Shown here piece by piece: positions 1 through 12,900 of a DNA stretch of 64,000 bases. Origin of the DNA: Macrostomum hystrix (lineage: Eukaryota; Animalia; Platyhelminthes). Below the pieces are notes generated by a model. The model searched no databases. It saw nothing but the letters and a program-made list of their open reading frames with translations, and was not told the DNA's origin. The first letter of the stretch is position 1. Every line of letters starts with the position of its first letter. The DNA is taken from assembly GCA_950097015.1 (NCBI GenBank), contig CATNEN010000001.1, forward strand, positions 1,736,001 through 1,800,000, read 5' to 3'. The position numbers were made by a program, and so were the translations under genes.

Positions 1-271
1 TAAGTCATGTCTTCCCTTGCGCGGTTGGCTGCACACACTCGACTGAAAATATAACAAGACACAGAATTGATTTTTCCTCCCTTGCCCATGCCCTTATTGC
101 AGAGCTTGCCATTTGCAAACGCTTCGCTAAATATGGCAGCGCTCATATTAGCTTCGCTGGCGTTTGAAATTTGTCTATATCCACACCCTCTAAGAACCCG
201 AGCTACTAATGTACGCGCTTAGTTCTAAAACCCGCTTCACTTTTTCACCCTTGTCGTGCATGCCAGCTTCA

Positions 272-297
272 TTTGACCTTGAAGAGTAGCCAATCAG
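272..297 (+). promoter_or_regulatory. Candidate proximal promoter motifs of the ChaC gene (TGACCTTGA nuclear-receptor-type site plus CCAAT box)
   Basis: tttgaccttgaagagtagccaatcag about 430 bp upstream of the ATG; motif match only. Confidence 0.3.
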
Positions 298-720
298 CGG
301 GCTGCAGAGAAGCGGAAAGCAAAGGACTGATATAGAAAGCATAGAGAAAGTTGTAGTTTGTGCCGATCTATTTTTATCATCAATGCGTCCTAGCTTGGTG
401 AGTGTGATGAATGTACATTCCTGCCATTTCGTCAGTTCTCTCTCTCCATTGGACCCCTGATTTCATTCAACCCCCCACCAAAATGCAAGAGAATAACTTA
501 ACTTCGTAGTAAGCGCAGAAGCCCATTCATTCAGCCGGAATTCCTCCCGCTATATTAACGCACTGAGCTCTGTTTTTCTTCTCAATTACCCCCTCTTTTT
601 TGTTGATGTTTGAGTCACAATTTGAGCACAGCGTCGTCTATCTAGAAGTAGATCGGACTCATATTCGTTTCTAATTTGTCTTGGCTCTTTGCTGGGGTTT
701 AAAGAGAAGCTAAATAAACT

Positions 721-3700
721 ATGCCGCCAATCGAACTGGAGAAGCTAATCCAAGACCTGGTGTCCGTTGACGGCTCTCTACGAATATTTGGCTACGGATC
801 GTTGATTTGGAAGCCGAATTTTCCATTTAAGAGTAGAACTGTCGGCTACATTAAAGGCTACGAACGGAGATTTTATCAGGGCACAACTACGCATAGAGGG
901 ACGCCAGAATGGGTAAGATTGCGAATGGTCTTTAAGTAATGCGGAATCATTAATCCATTAAAACAGCTAATCCCATGAGATAGTGCTATGTAAATACGTC
1001 CCAAATCTATTCCGAATTATTTAGCCAAATGGCTGAAATAGGATATATTTTCCCTATAGTAATTGAAGTTCTCTTTGATTTGGCTTACTGCAAATCAAAT
1101 TATCTAGTTAATCTAGTTTGGTTCTGCTTGAACTTTTTCTGTCTAGCTATTGTCAGTCATTCTTCTGCAGTCAGTCATTTCTTCTCCTGTCAAATAGATG
1201 GGTCCAAAGTTTGCCTAGGTCGAGCTTGTGCTTCAGTGAGTAAATTAAAGTTCAAAGTTCAACATTTTCCACCGTTTTAAACTACGGTATAAAAATACTT
1301 GGATACTTGTGTGATTTGTGTCTCGTCTTCTTTCAAGTCTCATTTTGGAATCTTGGATTGATATAGATCTAAGTACAGTTACAGACAATCAAGGTCATTT
1401 TAAAGCTAATTTCAGATTAATTTAATTAACGCACATTATCAGTCAATCGTTGTGAATGCTAATAGTACATCTTACCCGGGGAATTCCCCTAACGGACAGT
1501 TGCATTATTTAGCCTCTATGGTCACGCAGCATATTCGTGACACCGTGTCAAATTCAATTCGCTTGTCTGCCTTGTCGTTTATAGCGGGGCCTTGGTCAAT
1601 TATGTTTGGCCCATTGGCTTATTACTGTAAGATACGATAACGAACTGCATTATTCTATATGAGCGAGTCACTCTACTGCATACGCCCCACTAAAATAAAT
1701 ATATATCGTGGGTTAAACGTTTAAAATAGTGGCCTACAAGCAAGGGCCGGAATGAGGCTCTTTGTTAGTCTTAGTAGCTGCCAGGTTTTGAAGAATCAGG
1801 GGTTCTGGAAGGATCAGGGGTTCTGAAGGATCAGGGGTTCTGAATGGTCAGGGGTTCTGAATGGTCAGGGGTTCTGAAGGATCAGGGGTTCTGAAGGATC
1901 AGGGGTTCTGAAGGATCAGGGGTTCTGAAGGATCAGGGGTTCTGAAGGATCAGGTGTTCTGAAGGATCAGGGGCTCTGGAAGGATCAGGGGTTCTGAAGG
2001 ATCAGGGGTTCTGAAGGATCAGGGGCTCTGGAAGGATCAGGGGTTCTGAAGGATCAGGGGCTCTGGAAGGATCAGGGGTTCTGAAGGATCAGGTGTTCTG
2101 AAGGATCAGGGGCTCTGGAAGGATCAGGGGTTCTGAAGGATCAGGGGTTCTGAAGGATCAGGGGTTCTGAAGGATCAGGGGTTCTGAAGGATCAGGGGTT
2201 CTGAAGGGTCAGGGGTTCTGAAGGATCAGGGGTTCTGAAGGATCAGGGGTTCTGAAGGATCAGGGGTTCTGAAGGATCAGGGGTTCTGAAGGATCAGGGG
2301 TTCTGAAGGATCAGGGGTTCTGAGGGATCAGGGATCATATCATAATATCATTCACTCGGCTCTCCAATCAACAGCCAGGCCGTGTTGCCACCCTGGTTCA
2401 GTCCAAGCCTAACGGCGAGCTGCAGACAACAGTGCGCGCCTCCAACGCAGCCGTGGCCTGCTGCAACTGCCCGCTAGTCTGGGGCGTCGCCTACGAGCTC
2501 CGCGGCCTAGCGGACATTCGCTCTGCCCTGGCCCACCTGGCCGAGAGAGAGATGATCCTTGGCGGCTACAGATTCGACTGCGTACAGTTCTTCCCCTATT
2601 TGGGCCGTAAAGCCACGCCGCAGGATGTGGCCGCGGCTGCCTATGCTGTGCAGGTGTACATTGCCGAACCTGGCAATGATCAGTATCTGGGACCTGCGCC
2701 GTTGGACTTGCAGGTGAGCGCTAATTAGTTTGTTATTGCGATGCGGATCAGGATCCTGTATCGGAGGGGATAGTGAATCAGGATCCTGTATCGAAGTGGA
2801 TAGGGAATCAGGATACCGTATCGAAGGGGATAGGGAATCAGGATCCCATATCTGAGGGGATAGAGAATCAGGATCCTGTATCGAAGGGGATAGGGAATCA
2901 GGATCCTGTATCGAAGTGGATAGGGAATCAGGATCCCGTATCGAAAGGGATAGGGAATCAGGATCCCGTATCGAAGGGGATAGGGAATCAGGATCCCGTA
3001 TCGAAGGGGATAGGGAATCAGGATCCCGTATCGAAGGGGATAGGGAATCAGGATCCCGTATCTGACGGGATAGGGAATCAGGATCCTGTATCGAGTGGGA
3101 TAGGGAATCACGATCCCGTATCGAAGGGGATAGGGAATCAGGATCCCGTATATGAGGGGATAGGGAATCAGGATCCCGTATTGAAGGGGATAGGGAATCA
3201 GGATACCGTATCGAAGGGGATAGGGAATCAGGATCCTGTATCGAAGGGGATAGGGAATCAGGATCCCGTATCGAAGGGGATAGGGAATCAGGATCCTGTA
3301 TCGAAGGGGATAGGGAATCAGGATCCTGTATCGAAGGGGATAGGGAATCAGGATCCTGTATCTGAGGGGATAGGGAATCAGGATCCTGTATCGAAGGGGA
3401 TAGGGAATCAGGATCCTGTATCGAAGGGGATAGGGAATCAGGATCCTGTATCTGAGGGGATAGGGAATCAGGATCCTGTATCGAAGGGGATAGGGAATCA
3501 GGATCCCGTATCTGAGGGGATAGGGAATCAGGATCCTGTATCGAGTGGGATAGGGAATCAGGATACCGTATCTGACGGGATAGGGAATCAGGATCCTGTA
3601 TCGAGTGGGATAGGGAATCAGGATCCTGTATCTGAGGGGATAGGGAATCAGGATCCCGTATCTGAGGGGATAGGGAATCAGGATCCTGTATCGAAGGGGA

Positions 3701-4361
3701 TAGGGAATCAGGATCCCGTATCTGACGGGATAGGGAATCAGGATCCTGTATCGAGTGGGATAGGGAATCAGGATCCTGTATCTGAGGGGATAGGGAATCA
3801 GGATCCTGTATCTGACGGGATAGGGAATCAGGATCCTGTATCGAGTGGGATAGGGAATCAGGATCCTGTATCTGAGGGGATAGGGAATCAGGATCCTGTA
3901 TCGAAGTGGATAGGGAATCAGGATCCTGTATCTGAGGAGATAGGGAATCAGGATCCTGTATCGAAGGGGATATGGGATCAGGATCCCGTGTGGCGTTGTC
4001 TCATTATGATTGCTGATTACCGGTAAGATCCCAAAAAATTATTTTATAGGCCTACCAAATTTCCCGAGCCGAGGGATTTTGCGGTCGCAACATTGAATAC
4101 GTCAAAAAGGTGGCCGTCTTCATGCTCGAGGAGGTGCCCAACGGTCAGGACAAGGATCCGCACGTGTTTGAACTTGTTCGCCGATCAGAGGCCTTCCTTT
4201 ACGATGAGGACGACCTGACACCGGAGCAGAAAGCTCAACTACCTGTGCGCGTGCACTGCCCGCACCGCGACAATCAGCTGAGAGAGGCCAACGCCAAGTG
4301 CACCTGCCAGTTGGCCGATCGGCGGTACAGCGACGAAGTGCTGCGCGACCTCATTCTGTAG
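721..4361 (+). CDS. CHAC1: ChaC-family glutathione-specific gamma-glutamylcyclotransferase (CHAC1-like), 3 exons: 721-912, 2375-2713, 4050-4361
   Basis: Family motifs [31 protein letters not shown]|[24 protein letters not shown] (catalytic Glu region, CHAC1-type) and [15 protein letters not shown]. Both introns are GT-AG, phase 0 (913-2374, 2714-4049), and keep the frame. Confidence 0.93.
1790..2335. repeat. 17-bp minisatellite (gaaggatcaggggttct)n, ChaC intron 1
   Basis: Directly visible tandem array. Confidence 0.95.
2746..3990. repeat. 30-bp minisatellite (ggatagggaatcaggatcctgtatcgaagg)n, ChaC intron 2
   Basis: Tandem array; source of spurious ORFs 2773-4026 and 2725-3111. Confidence 0.95.
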
Positions 4362-4452
4362 CTCTATAGTCCCATACGGGTGGTACTTTAGAGACTAAAC
4401 TGTGCGCCTTTGGGGTGAGAGGTCCTTCTCTAGAGGACTGAATTGTCAGCTG

Positions 4453-4701
4453 GTGGGTGTAGATAAGAAGCGGCTCGTGGAGTGAGGCGGGTGCAGATAA
4501 GAAGCGGCTCGTGGAGTGAGGCGGGTGCAGATAAGAAGTGGCTCGAGGAGTGAGGTGTGTGTAGATTAGAAGCTGCTTGAGGAGTGAGGTGGGTGTAGAT
4601 AAGAAGTGACTCGAGGAGTGAGGTGGGTATAGATAAGAAGTGGCTCGAGGAGTGAGGTGTGTGTAGATTAGAAGCTGCTTGAGGAGTGAGGTGGGTGTAG
4701 A
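4453..4701. repeat. 34-bp minisatellite (gtagataagaagtggctcgaggagtgaggtgggt)n
   Basis: About 7 degenerate tandem copies just 3' of the ChaC stop. Confidence 0.9.
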
Positions 4702-6958
4702 AAGGAGATGTCTAGTGAAAACTTAAGGCACGAGGTTGGCTCTAAAGTTTTGGCGCTGTTTTTCAGAGTCATGAGTTGTTGTGTACACAGTTCCTGACGA
4801 CGTTATTAATGACAAAAAACCCGTATATAGATCTTGTTTCTGCATCAGTTCGTTTATTGCGCGTATCTGTATGATAATTACCAGCTAATTAAAAATATAT
4901 CCTCGTATTAGAAGCTTGCATTATTTGTCTATTTGAGATTTACCCACTACTTCCTATTTGAGGAGTTATTAACAAATGCTGATTAATTAACGAAGGCTGT
5001 TGTAAAATTAAATTTTTTTCTTAGGCATAGATTCTGCATACACAATGATATGTTATATGGTATTACTCTAATGGCATCGCAGATTTGTATTACCCTAAAG
5101 CTTGAATTCTATTGTTTTAGATTTCCCTGTCTTACACAAGTCTTTAGCTTGTACATATACGCTTGAACGACCCACCACCATATTTGCGTTTGTCTTTTTC
5201 CCATTGTCCTTAATATCGAAGTTCTGTCTAACTTCTAACCCTGAAATCACTAGTCCTTAGATCGATTCCTAGTGTTTGTTCATTGTTACCTGTTTAGTTT
5301 ACAAAACTAAATATCATCTTAAAGGTTATTAATAATTATTCTTTCGTCCATTGCTTCGAGTGAACGCCTATTTCAACTTTCACCTTGATTTTGTGCGTGG
5401 CAACAATTAACAAGCAATAAACCATACTAAATATATTAGAAATTGGTGTTGGAAATCAGTTTTGCACAGAGAGGTGCAACGAACTTTAAGAAGCGTATTC
5501 TTTAAATTTTCTTTCGTATGTCTTATCTTTTACTTTTTATAAATAAAATATCCACGTTCTTTCCCCCTGCAATTTGCAGAAAGGCGTTGTCGTACGCACT
5601 CAGCATTGCACAAAAATATTAATGACCTATCAAATTTAAACGTTTTAATTAGAAATAAAAAACCATGTGCTGTAGCGGCTCTTTCACCATCTCTTGAACA
5701 CAAAATTAATACTGCATACTATACCCTCAAATTAATAATCTCTAAATAACTTCAGCCACTTGTCTGTGACTCAGTCAGACATCATTCACACATTTCTAAG
5801 TGGACAAGCAAACTATTCTGATAGTTTGGGTCGCGGCGTTCTGCACGATAATTTCTGGTTTTTCTAGATTCAGATCTAGTTTACTTATAGAGAAACTAAT
5901 CTCTGGGTGATTCTGAATGATTCAGATAATAACAGGCTCTCTGGTCAGTCCCTTCACGGGCTTTACCCGGATCGGTATTATAACGGTTTTCACTCACTTA
6001 GAAATCAGTAAGGCTTTTTCAATGTGCTCACGAAAAGACAAAACTGTTTAAGCTCCAGTTTAATGGCAGGTCAAATGGTTAAATTCCCTTCAGAAAAACC
6101 CTTTGTATTTATAATAAAAATTTATCGAATATGCCCAGTGTATTATGGTGACGTTAAACAAATATATATATTTGAACATTCGTAGCATATAAAATTATTT
6201 TTTGCACTCATTTGAATTAAAAATTGAGACACGTCACATATATTTATCCAATTTGTTTAGCAAGAAAAGAAAATTGACACTCTAAAGGAACGAAATATTT
6301 TTAAAGTTTGTTTAAGTAAACAGCTTCTTGCACGATTACGTTTAAATATTTTCTCCTCGTGACTTCAAACCCTTCGTCGCTTTTGCGTGACGGTTGCAAG
6401 AGATCTGGCATAGAAATCATGGTTTTAAATATTTTGTTTTGAGGTACAAAAAGAGCACAACAAAACTTTGTAGCTCGTTTGCTTATAGTAGTCATATGCT
6501 TATTTTTCTCAAACAAACTGACATGACGTAAAAATATAATTTTAATTTACTTTAGGCTTTCATGCTATTAAAATATTATTTTTAGGCTTGCTGAATTAGT
6601 ATTACTTAAAGCCAATCTTTTCAGTTATCAAAAAGTTTTGAATAAGATCTTATTGCAAATATTTTAATGCATTTTCTGAAGGACTATGCTAAGTAAATAA
6701 GTATTCAGTATTCAACATAAAATATTCCTACTTTACTCTTATGATGTTTTAATGCTTTAAGTTAAATGTAGCTAATTACAATATACATGTAAATTAGCTA
6801 CTACAAAATTTGTAATATTTTTTATTGAATAACTATTTCAAACTGTCATTTTAATTTGCTTAATTTCTCTGTAAAATATTTATTTCATAAATTCATACTC
6901 CATTTCATTTTAATGTTTTTTTCAGGTAGGTAGCTTTTGTCATGGTTGTGTCAGCATA

Positions 6959-9900
6959 ATGCTCCCATGGACCCTTCTTATACTACTTGGTAAGTTATTC
7001 ACATATTTTATTGAAAGTAAAAAACATTTCATTTGTTTTGTTAAATTGAAATTAGTTGCTCAGAAAGGGATTAAATTTTTGTCCTGTTATGGCTATGTTT
7101 GTAAAACAATATGTCTGTTTTGAAGCGTTTATATCCTAAATTATATTAAAATGATGTAAAATACATTGTTGGCATTAGGCCTACAAATTAATGATGCAAT
7201 TTTGGCACTAGGAGCCCTAATTGAGGGTACCAACATTTGGTCAAAAAACCTAAAGTAAATGATTTTTACTACCATAAATTATTTTAATAGCTTTTATATG
7301 ATCTTAAATTACCATTCATTCTAAGCTTCGAATTTTCGATCAGCAATTCAGCATGGGTTACCTATTGAATCTGAGCGCAATGTTAGCTGTCCTCAATTCT
7401 CTACATTGGCAATGGCTTACTGTCGTCATGTGACGCTCAGCTCAGCCCAACAATCACCAGCCGAAGTTGTCTCATTGACATGTCGCCCCGGCTACAGCCC
7501 GCTAGTTCGTCGAGTTCGAGCTGGTTGTCAGGGCGAGAAGGCAAGTGTCGATTCTGCATCGAGAATTGCCGACATTTGTCGACGAGATTTCCTGGAAAAT
7601 GGCCAAGTCGATTTCACAGGCTGCCATCTCGCACTGCAGGACTTTTGTGGCGTGGAGGCGGACAATGGGGGTGTCGGCTGTCGCAGATGCCGATTGAATT
7701 TCACCGCTCGAGTGGACTTTACCTGCTATAGACGTAAGCGTCTTGTAAGGATTCCATTCTGATTCCTGACTCGTTTGGAAAGATCCCATTCGGATTTCGG
7801 ACTTGGTTTGAAAGATCCCATTCAGATTCGGTTGAAAAGATCCCATTCAGATTCGGTTGGAAAGATCCCATTCAGATTCGGTTGGAAAGATCCCATTCAG
7901 ACTCGGTTCGAAAGATCCCATTCTGATTCTGTTGGAAAGATCCCATTCTGATTTGGTTGGAAAGATCACATTCAGATTCGGTTTAAAAGATCCCATTCAG
8001 ATTCGGTTGGAAAGATCCCATTCAGACTCGGTTCGAAAGATCCCATTCTGATTCGGTTCGAAAGATCCCATTCTGATTCGGTTCGAAAGATCCCATTCTG
8101 ATTCGGTTCGAAAGATCCCATTCAGACTCGGTTCGAAAGATCCCATTCTGATTCGGTTCGAAAGATCCCATTCTGATTCGGTTCGAAAGATCCCATTCTG
8201 ATTCGGTTCGAAAGATCCCATTCTGATTCGGTTCGAAAGATCCCATTCTGACTCGTTTGGAAAGATCCCATTCTGATTCCGGACTCGGTATGAAAGATCC
8301 CATTCTGACTCGATACTTAAGAAAGATCCCATTCTGACTCGGTATGAAAGATCCCATTCTGACTCGTTAAGAAAGATCCCATTCTGACTCGCTAAGAAAG
8401 ATCCCATATTGACTCGTTTGGAAAGATCCCAGACTCACCTGGTCATCCCATTTTTTTTGCCCTTTAATTAATTTACTAAAATTTTTTTTCAAAAAGTCCA
8501 TTTATCTTCCACAGGCTCCGACAGATACCAGTTGTGCAATCAGCACCTGCACATAACGAAGCCCGATCAGCTGATTGAAGCCGCACCAGCTGTGGCCGCG
8601 TCAGCCAATAGCGACGCTGTGCTACAAGACGAATCCTGCGATGGCAGACTGGACATTTCCGAATCTCCCACATCCGCCGTGCTGTTAACTGTTCTAGACC
8701 TGCGAATGAAAATTTCCAGTCTACAAGAGAGCTCTGCCAGCTACTTTGAGCTGCTCAGCGAACAACCTGATGATCAAACGGGCGCTGTACTAGTTAGAAT
8801 ATCCGATAGGGACGCTGCCCCACCGCCCTACTTTCCTATCTACGCCAGCAATGTCACCCGGTTGAGGATTCGATATCGATACGCTGAGCAGCTGGTGGGA
8901 TTTCATCCCTATCTCATCAGGCTGCAGAGTGAGCTTCTGTGCCGTCCTGTCAATCGGGATTGGGATTTTGGAATGGTACTTTCCGAATTTGGATAGGCAG
9001 TTTCGGTACTGGGATTTGCAGATTCGTTACTGGGATTTCCAGATTCGGTACTGGGATTTGCAGATTCGTTACTGGGATTTCCAGATTCGGTACTGGGATT
9101 TCCAGATTCGGTACTGGGATTTGCAGATTCGTTACTGGGATTTCCAGATTCGGTACTGGGATTTGCAGATTCGTTACTGGGATTTCCAGATTCGGTACTG
9201 GGATTTCCAGATTCGGTACTGGGATTTGCAGATTCGTTACTGGGATTTCCAGATTCGGTTCTTGGATTTCCAGATTTGATACTGGGTTTTTCGGATTTGG
9301 TACTGGGATTTCCATATTTGGTACTGGGATTTCCATATTTGGTACTGGGATTTCCAGATTCAGTACTAGGATTTCCAGATTCGGTACTAGGATTTCCAGA
9401 TTCGGTACTAGGATTTCCAGATTCGGTACTAGGATTTCCAGATACGGTACTAGGATTTCCAGATTCGGTACTAGGATTTCCAGATTCAGTACTACGATTT
9501 CCAGATTCGGTACTAGGATTTCCAGATTCGGTACTAGGATTTCCAGATTCGGTACTAGGATTTACAGATTCAGTATTAGGATTTCCAGATTCGGTTCTGG
9601 GATTTCCAGATTTGGTTCTGGGATTTCCAGATTCAGTACTAGGATTTCCAGATTCAGTACTAGGATTTCCAGATTCGGTACTGGGATTTCCAGATTCGGT
9701 ACTGGGATTGCCAGTTTTGGTCCTGGGATATGTTGCTCTTGCCTACAGCTGGTTATCATTTCTACTATTAGTCTACTATGTAAGGCCTTTTTTCTATCCA
9801 ACACTTTTCAGAGGCCTGCTACTTGCCTCCCAGTCTGTGGACATTGGACGGAGCGAAATTTAAGCTTGAAATTCTATCCGTTTGCCAAGAGTACAATCTA

Positions 9901-12900
9901 ATCAGAATGCTGTTGAGCCTGTCACACCACGCACATGGCGGCTACACCTCATTGAGCTACAGATGTCACTCGGATACTGGCTATCCGGCTGATACGGCCT
10001 CCGATTGTCTGCATAGATTCGGACCTAGGCCCGACTGTGTTAGGCTGGCTAGTACCGGTCATTATGGAGATGGTGAGATGTGAATGAACAGATAGATAGA
10101 ACAGGCTGGGATGTAAAGAGTCTGGTAGATAGAACAGGCAGGCATGTGAAGAGTCTGGTAGACAGAACAGGCAGAGGTGTGAAGAGTCTGGTAGACAGAA
10201 CAGACAGGGATGTGAAGAGTCTGGTAGATAGAACAGGCAGAGGTATGAAGAGTCTGGTAGACAGAACAGACAGGGATGTGAAGAGTCTGGTAGATAGAAC
10301 AGGCAGGGATGTGAAGAGTCTGGTAGATAGAACAGGTAGGCATGTGAAGAGTCTGGTAGACAGAACAGACAGGGATGTGAAGAGTCTGGTAGATAGAACA
10401 GGCAGGGATGTGAAGAGTCTGGTAGATAGAACAGGTAGGCATGTGAAGAGTCTGGTAGACAGAACAGGCAGGGATGTGAAGAGTCTGGTAGATAGAACAG
10501 GCAGGGATGTGAAGAGTCTGGTAGACAGAACAGAGCAGGGATGTGAAGAGTCTGGTAGATAGAACAGGCAGGGATGTGAAGAGTCTGGTAGATAGAACAG
10601 GCAGGGATTTGAAGAGTCTGGTAGATAGAACAGGCAGTGATGTGAAGAGTCTGGTAGATAGAACAGACAGGGATGTGAAGAGTCTGGTAGACAGAACAGA
10701 CAGGGATGTGAAGAGTCTGGTAGATAGAACAGACAGGGATGTGAAGAGTCTGGTAGACAGAACAGGTAAGGCTATGAAGCTAGGTCCAACAAGACTAGAG
10801 TAGTGTTTTTCTAATTGTTTGGCTGCTCAGTCTTAAAAGATATTTCTTTTCTGCTATGAATCATCCCACTTGCTCATTGATCGAACTAATTTCTGAGCAT
10901 CCTAAACTGTTGAATATACATAGCTATATACACGCTTAGTCCAAGAAGCGGAACATGCGAATGTGTGAGATTACGTTTTCAGCTCCAATGCACCAGTAAA
11001 ACTAATTATTCTAATCAGTGAAGCGGTTATGTGTGGTCTATGAGTAGTCTGTACTTGGTTGTAACTAAAAACTTTTTATTGCTCTTCGTAGATACTAGCA
11101 AGAGTTAAGCCTAATTGTAGCTAACTGACATAGCTCAGAATTTAATTAAATTTAATATTTATAGGAAGAAAACTATTTCCAGTCTAATAAACTCCAATTA
11201 AGAATATTTAACGTAACCGAAGACGGAAGTTACTGCCGACTGGTAGTCTAGTAAAATTAAACTGATTTCGCTACTTTTAAAGCCCTTTCGCCACATGTTT
11301 TTGTGTGTTTTTTGCCTGAAAAGCAATGATGATAAAGAGAAAATAAAAAACATTGACGACAAAAAAGGTTTGAGCTAAGAAAAAGGACATACATTTAAAA
11401 AGGTCTGCATAGGTTACATAAAATGGATCTAGATTACAGAAATCGAAAAGAATATAATATCGATAGTGGTTAGAAAAAAATCGATAATGAATTAAGGCAA
11501 TCGATAATGAATCAAAGCGATCGATAATGAATCAAGGCAATCGATAATGAATCAAGGCAATCGATAATGAATCAAGGCGATCGATAATGAATTAAGGCAA
11601 TCGATAATGAATCAAGGCAATCGATAATGAATTAAGGCAATCGATAATGAATCAAGGTAATCGATAATAAATCAAGGCAATCGATAATAAATCAAGGCGA
11701 TCGATAATGAATTAAGGCAATCGATAATGAATCAAGGCATTCGATAATGAATTAAGGCAATCGATAATGAATCAAGGCGATCAATAATGAATCAAGGCGA
11801 TCGATAATGAATTAAGGCAATCGATAATAAATCAAGGCAATTGATAATTAATCATGACAATCGATAATGAATCATGACAATCGATAATAAATCAAGGCAA
11901 TCGATAATGAATTAAGGCAATCGATAATGAATCAAGGCGATCGATAATGAATTAAGGCAATCGATAATGAATCATGCCAATCGATAATGAATCATGGCAA
12001 TCGATATTGAATCATGACAATCGATAATAAATCAAGAAAGTCGCTAATGGATCATGACAATCGATAATGAATCAAAACAATCGATAATGAATCAAAACAA
12101 TCGATAATTAATCAAAACAATCGATAATGAATCAAGAAAAGTGATAATGAATCATGAAAATAGATAATGAATCATGACAATCGATAATGAATCAAGAAAA
12201 TCGATAACAATTTAAGAAATTCGGTAATGATGTAATAATATCCATTCAAATTTAAGAAAATCTATAAAGATTAGAGAAAAGTTTTAATCGATAACGAATA
12301 CAGACTGTAAAACGATCATAAAATCTATAATTTTTACGATTACAGAAAATCGATAGTCGATAACAATTAAAGAATGTCAATAAAGAAAACGAATAAAGAA
12401 TAAAAATCAACAAGTGCGCACTGCACCTACCTGTACATTCAACAAAATTATTTAAGAAACCGCTTTAGATTGATATATAATAAAATATAATTGGCAAGCT
12501 AAGCAATGTATCCTTATCCTAAGTCTATAAAATTTCAGTTGTAACTACACCAAGTAACTACAACACTTGTATTTGCCATAATAATGATAATAATAATTGA
12601 TTACACCTGCCCCAATTGGGTCAGATGTGCAGCCGACAGCACAGCCGCAGCTAATGCGCGGCGCATCTGAAGGCTGCGTACAGCTGTTCAGTCCATGGAC
12701 TGGGGGGACGCCACACCCACCTTCAATTATCCCAGCTGATGCTGGTACCCATTTAACAGCTGGGTGAACTGAAGCAATGCAGAGTTAAGTGTCTTGCTAA
12801 AGGACACAAATTGTTCAGGGGAGTCGGGAATCGAACCCCCGACCTTCAAGTCGTGAGTCCGACGCCCTAACCACTAGGCTACAACCTCTGTGAATGCGTA

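Noticed and set aside
2773-4026. 417-aa ORF of [10 protein letters not shown] repeats, and similar repeat ORFs at 8939-9901, 10080-10803, 13350-14341, 16230-16901, 31843-32784, 33154-34119 and 35620-36252
   Set aside because: They are translations of intronic or intergenic minisatellites with little or no unique coding flank; several lie inside introns of well-supported genes.
12820-12888. tRNA-Val-like (12.8 kb) and tRNA-Ala-like (25.6 kb) sequences as functional tRNAs
   Set aside because: Imperfect stems and continuation into SINE bodies with (ATT)n tails.
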